Shown here in pieces: positions 61,514 to 64,000 of a stretch of DNA of 64,000 nucleotides. Both the position numbers and the translations under genes were made by a program. Positions within the stretch are counted from its first letter, which is position 1, and the number at the start of each line of letters is the position of its first letter. Under the pieces are notes generated by a model that was given only the letters and a program-made list of their open reading frames with translations, did not search any database and had not been told where the DNA came from. This stretch comes from Caldilineaceae bacterium (GTDB lineage: Bacteria > Chloroflexota > Anaerolineae > Caldilineales > Caldilineaceae), in NCBI GenBank assembly GCA_041391125.1, contig JAWKON010000042.1:3154-67153 (forward strand), written 5' to 3'.

Positions 61514-61888
61514 AAATATCTGCTCCTTGCTTCGTTACAGGGATTTACCGCATCGTCGCGTAAGGATTTGGATTGTATGTCTCATTACATTAAATAGAAA
61601 ACATCATAAGGCATTTTCCCTATCCAATACACCTGCCACTTGGCTAGTCATTACCTGCTACCTAATAAGTCTTTGGCGCTGGTCAGCGGCATTGATGGCG
61701 GCAAGCGGCCGGCCATATGAGTTCGAGGGCGATCCAAAGTGCGCCTGATCATAGCGTTGGAGGGTGGTGGGGCGTGGGGGATAGTGTGGGTGGGGGATGG
61801 ATTGTAGGGGATGGTGGTGAGGGGAGTCATCGGGATTTTCCCACATATGGAGCAAGCTAAGGCATTTTGGCGCCTAAAACAGGGAGAT

Positions 61889-62012
61889 GAACGGCGGTTG
61901 GGATAGGCTCCCGGCAGTTGGAGGCCGTATCGAAACCAAAGTGAGCGGGTCGACCCGTTTGGTCTCGATACGTGCGGAAACTGCCCCGCACTACTCGACC
62001 GGCACTCGCTTA
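61889..62012. repeat. palindromic element, full copy
   Basis: gaacggcggttgggataggctcccggcag...ggccgtatcgaaaccaaagtgagcgggtcgacccgtttggtctcgatacgtgcgg...cgcactactcgaccggcactcg. Confidence 0.85.
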
Positions 62013-62152
62013 AATGGTGCGCGCATTCCTTAGCTTGATACCTATGGGCGTCATTGATTTTCCCAAAAACGAAAAAACCGCTTGACATATATGCAGCCAA
62101 ATCGTACAATCTGGATGGTCCAACCTATTCCGTATAAATCAGGGAGACGAAG

Positions 62153-62396
62153 ATGTCCCAAACGTGGCGACCACGCGGAAGCGCAAAATCGGCTGAGCAA
62201 GCTCATTGACGCCGCCCTTGCGCATGGGCCGCAGATCATCACCAGGCACGGCAGCGCAGTTGCAGTTGTGTTGGCCTATGATGAGTATCGAATGCTGACG
62301 GCATCGAAACAAAAGATGTCGGAATTTTTCCGGCAATCCCTGCTGGCAGAGGCAGAGATTGATTTGACACGCGATAAGAGTGAAAACTGTATATGA
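62153..62396 (+). pseudogene. Phd/YefM-family type II antitoxin, one frame shift after about codon 5-10
   Basis: The RBS agggag precedes ATG 62153 (MSQTW...). ORF 62082-62396 continues with EAQNRLSKLIDAALAHGPQIITRHGSAVAVVLAYDEYRML....EFFRQS.L....IDLTRDKS, typical of VapB/Phd-type antitoxins. Confidence 0.65.
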
Positions 62397-62406
62397 AGGA
62401 AGACAG

Positions 62407-64000
62407 ATGGTGACCGCACACGAACCAAACCAGACCCGGACGAGCAAACTAATCCCTTAGATATGCAAGTGATCACGGCTGGGCAGAATGTTCAACACAG
62501 CATTTTGGTGACCGGTGACAACAACCAGGTGATTTTGGGAAGTGTGGCAACTCAACGCGGCTACCCAGAGCGCTCGCCACGCCTCAGAAGTGGCTCCCAG
62601 CCCCGGTATCCCTGCAAGAATACCACGTCTTTCTGGCCTCTCCGGGCGATGTGAATGAGGAACGCACTGGCCGTGCGGCGCTTTTTTGACCAGTACAATC
62701 GCACCGTGGCCAGACCCAACTTCGGCGTCCAGTTTACGGTCATTGACTGGGAGAACTATGCGACGGCGGGCGTGGGCAGACCGCAAGAGTTAATCGAATG
62801 GCAAACGCTCGCAAAATATCGGGGTTCGCTGGCGCTGGTCATCGGTCTCCATGAGGCAACGCTTTTGGCATCGCCGACGGTGACCATGAGTCCGGCACGA
62901 GGCAGAATTTCGCTGGGCCATGCAGAACTATCTATGCACGGCTTCCCGAAATCAAGTGGTTCTTTCGCAAAATTGAGAGTTTTCGACGCCCTCCACCGAT
63001 CCGGACAGATCCTGCGGTCGAGCAGTGGAAAAGGGTCCAAACCTTCAAAGCTAGCTTGGGTGACAAACGGAACAACAGGGGGACTTTCCGCCCCCCATTA
63101 CAAAGAATTCACGGACCTGCAAAATTTCCGCGATGCATTGCAGGACGATCTGCTGCTCTTTGGCTCAATACCGCGGAACGGCCGTGGGTGCAAATCTTGC
63201 CGCTGCTCGAATCTTCCGCCGTTGCCTCTACAACGCAACCCCCCGCTGCATATTATCAAGCCCTTTGTAATGACTTCAGTGGTTGGACACGTCGGCATCG
63301 ACAATGACTGCTCGTTTCGCATTCCGCTGAGCGAGATGTACGTGCGGCTGCGCGTGATGATGGATGAGGACACAAGCGACGCCGACAGCGACTATGATGG
63401 CCGCCCGATTGACATTCAGGCGGCCCTTGCCCGCTACCAGAATCTAGTCATTGTGGGCGATCCGGGCAGCGGCAAGTCGACTTTCTGCGCTTTATTGCGT
63501 TGATGATTAAGGCGCCAAAAGGCGAACACGATCTAGACCTGGCCCAAGAGCGGCTCAACCTGTACCCCCGCCGATTCCCATCTTTGTCTCGCTTTGGGAC
63601 CTGGCCGACTTTGCGCGCCAGCAGCCACAATCTACGGTGAAACTACCAGTCCTTCTCGAATTCATATGAGACCGGCTTGCGAGTATGGGTTGTAAACTCT
63701 CGAAAGAAGAGCTTAAAAACGTGGCTTGATGACGATGCCTTTGTATCCTGCTATTTGACGGTCTCGATGAAGTCCCAACCGACATGGGCGTGCACTGTAA
63801 GTCGACTGGTCGAAAGCCGGTGTAACTGAATATCCGAAAAATCGCTATGCGATTACCTCACGCAACTGCTTCTACACGGGCGACACCATCCTACGCGGTA
63901 ACTTTGTGCGCTGCGATATTCAGCCCTTTCAACCAGACTGATCGGGCAGAATTTCTACGCAACTGGACCGCATTGCTTCTTCAAGACGGCTCCGGCTGAT
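62407..64000 (+). pseudogene. STAND NTPase: DUF4062-like N-terminal domain + NACHT P-loop domain; frame-shifted and truncated by the window end
   Basis: YHVFLASPGDVNEERTAVRRFFDQYN...VIDWENYA..G.GRPQELI...IGL..QRFGSPTG..ESGT is DUF4062-like. Then come LVIVGDPGSGKSTF (Walker A, ~63455), LLFDGLDEVP (Walker B, ~63750), YAITSR and IQPFNQTDRAEFLRNW, across three frames. G+C looks lower than the backbone by eye. Confidence 0.6.

Noticed and set aside
1-64000. Prophage, IS element or integrative element explaining the accessory regions.
   Set aside because: I could recognise no integrase, transposase, phage structural gene or tRNA attachment site in any frame. The only mobile-looking features are non-coding.

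Overview
This is a 64-kb, roughly 60 % G+C bacterial chromosomal segment. Gene content and repeat style hint at a Chloroflexota-like environmental lineage, but taxonomy cannot be settled from the sequence alone. I saw no rRNA, tRNA, CRISPR array, transposase or integrase.

About 50 protein genes are recognisable:
- Left end, envelope and housekeeping genes: ThrH-like HAD phosphatase, LysM-L,D-transpeptidase, GT2, ArsA/Get3-type ATPase, TMEM43-like protein.
- A block of oxidoreductases and hydrolases: AKR, Gfo/Idh/MocA, Zn-ADH, PhyH, MlrC, VOC, LLM, phosphotriesterase.
- recJ with a Cas4-like PD-(D/E)XK nuclease, and a GT39 glycosyltransferase.
- A Tat-DUF3500 / MsrQ-like pair, YceI, secreted alpha/beta hydrolases and alpha-glucan phosphorylase.
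- A large myo-inositol catabolism and transport cluster at 37.3-54.5 kb: LacI regulator, iolC, iolE, iolB, iolD, mmsA/iolA, a Gfo/Idh/MocA dehydrogenase and a sugar ABC transporter.
- Right end, accessory-type genes: AAA+/DUF4143 ATPase, an ADP-ribosylglycohydrolase fusion, a ~10-haem lipoprotein cytochrome c, a Phd/YefM antitoxin and a DUF4062-NACHT STAND NTPase.

Three things stand out:
1. A 1.9-kb AT-rich island (39407-41340) sits exactly after the iolC stop codon. It encodes an ABC-type AAA15-like ATPase plus a DUF4276-like partner, a candidate defence module.
2. Nearly every intergenic gap holds a hairpin built from tandem 7-9-nt words and their reverse complements (at least 10 word families). 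There is also a ~125-nt palindromic element in 8 full or half copies and a 118-bp tandem stem-loop element. Some copies lie inside genes (recJ, GT39).
3. About half of the genes are broken by 1-nt frame shifts that cluster regionally. This looks more like consensus indel error than decay, so all pseudogene calls and their exact ends are provisional.

Everything here comes from reading the translations and the DNA by eye; no database search was run.
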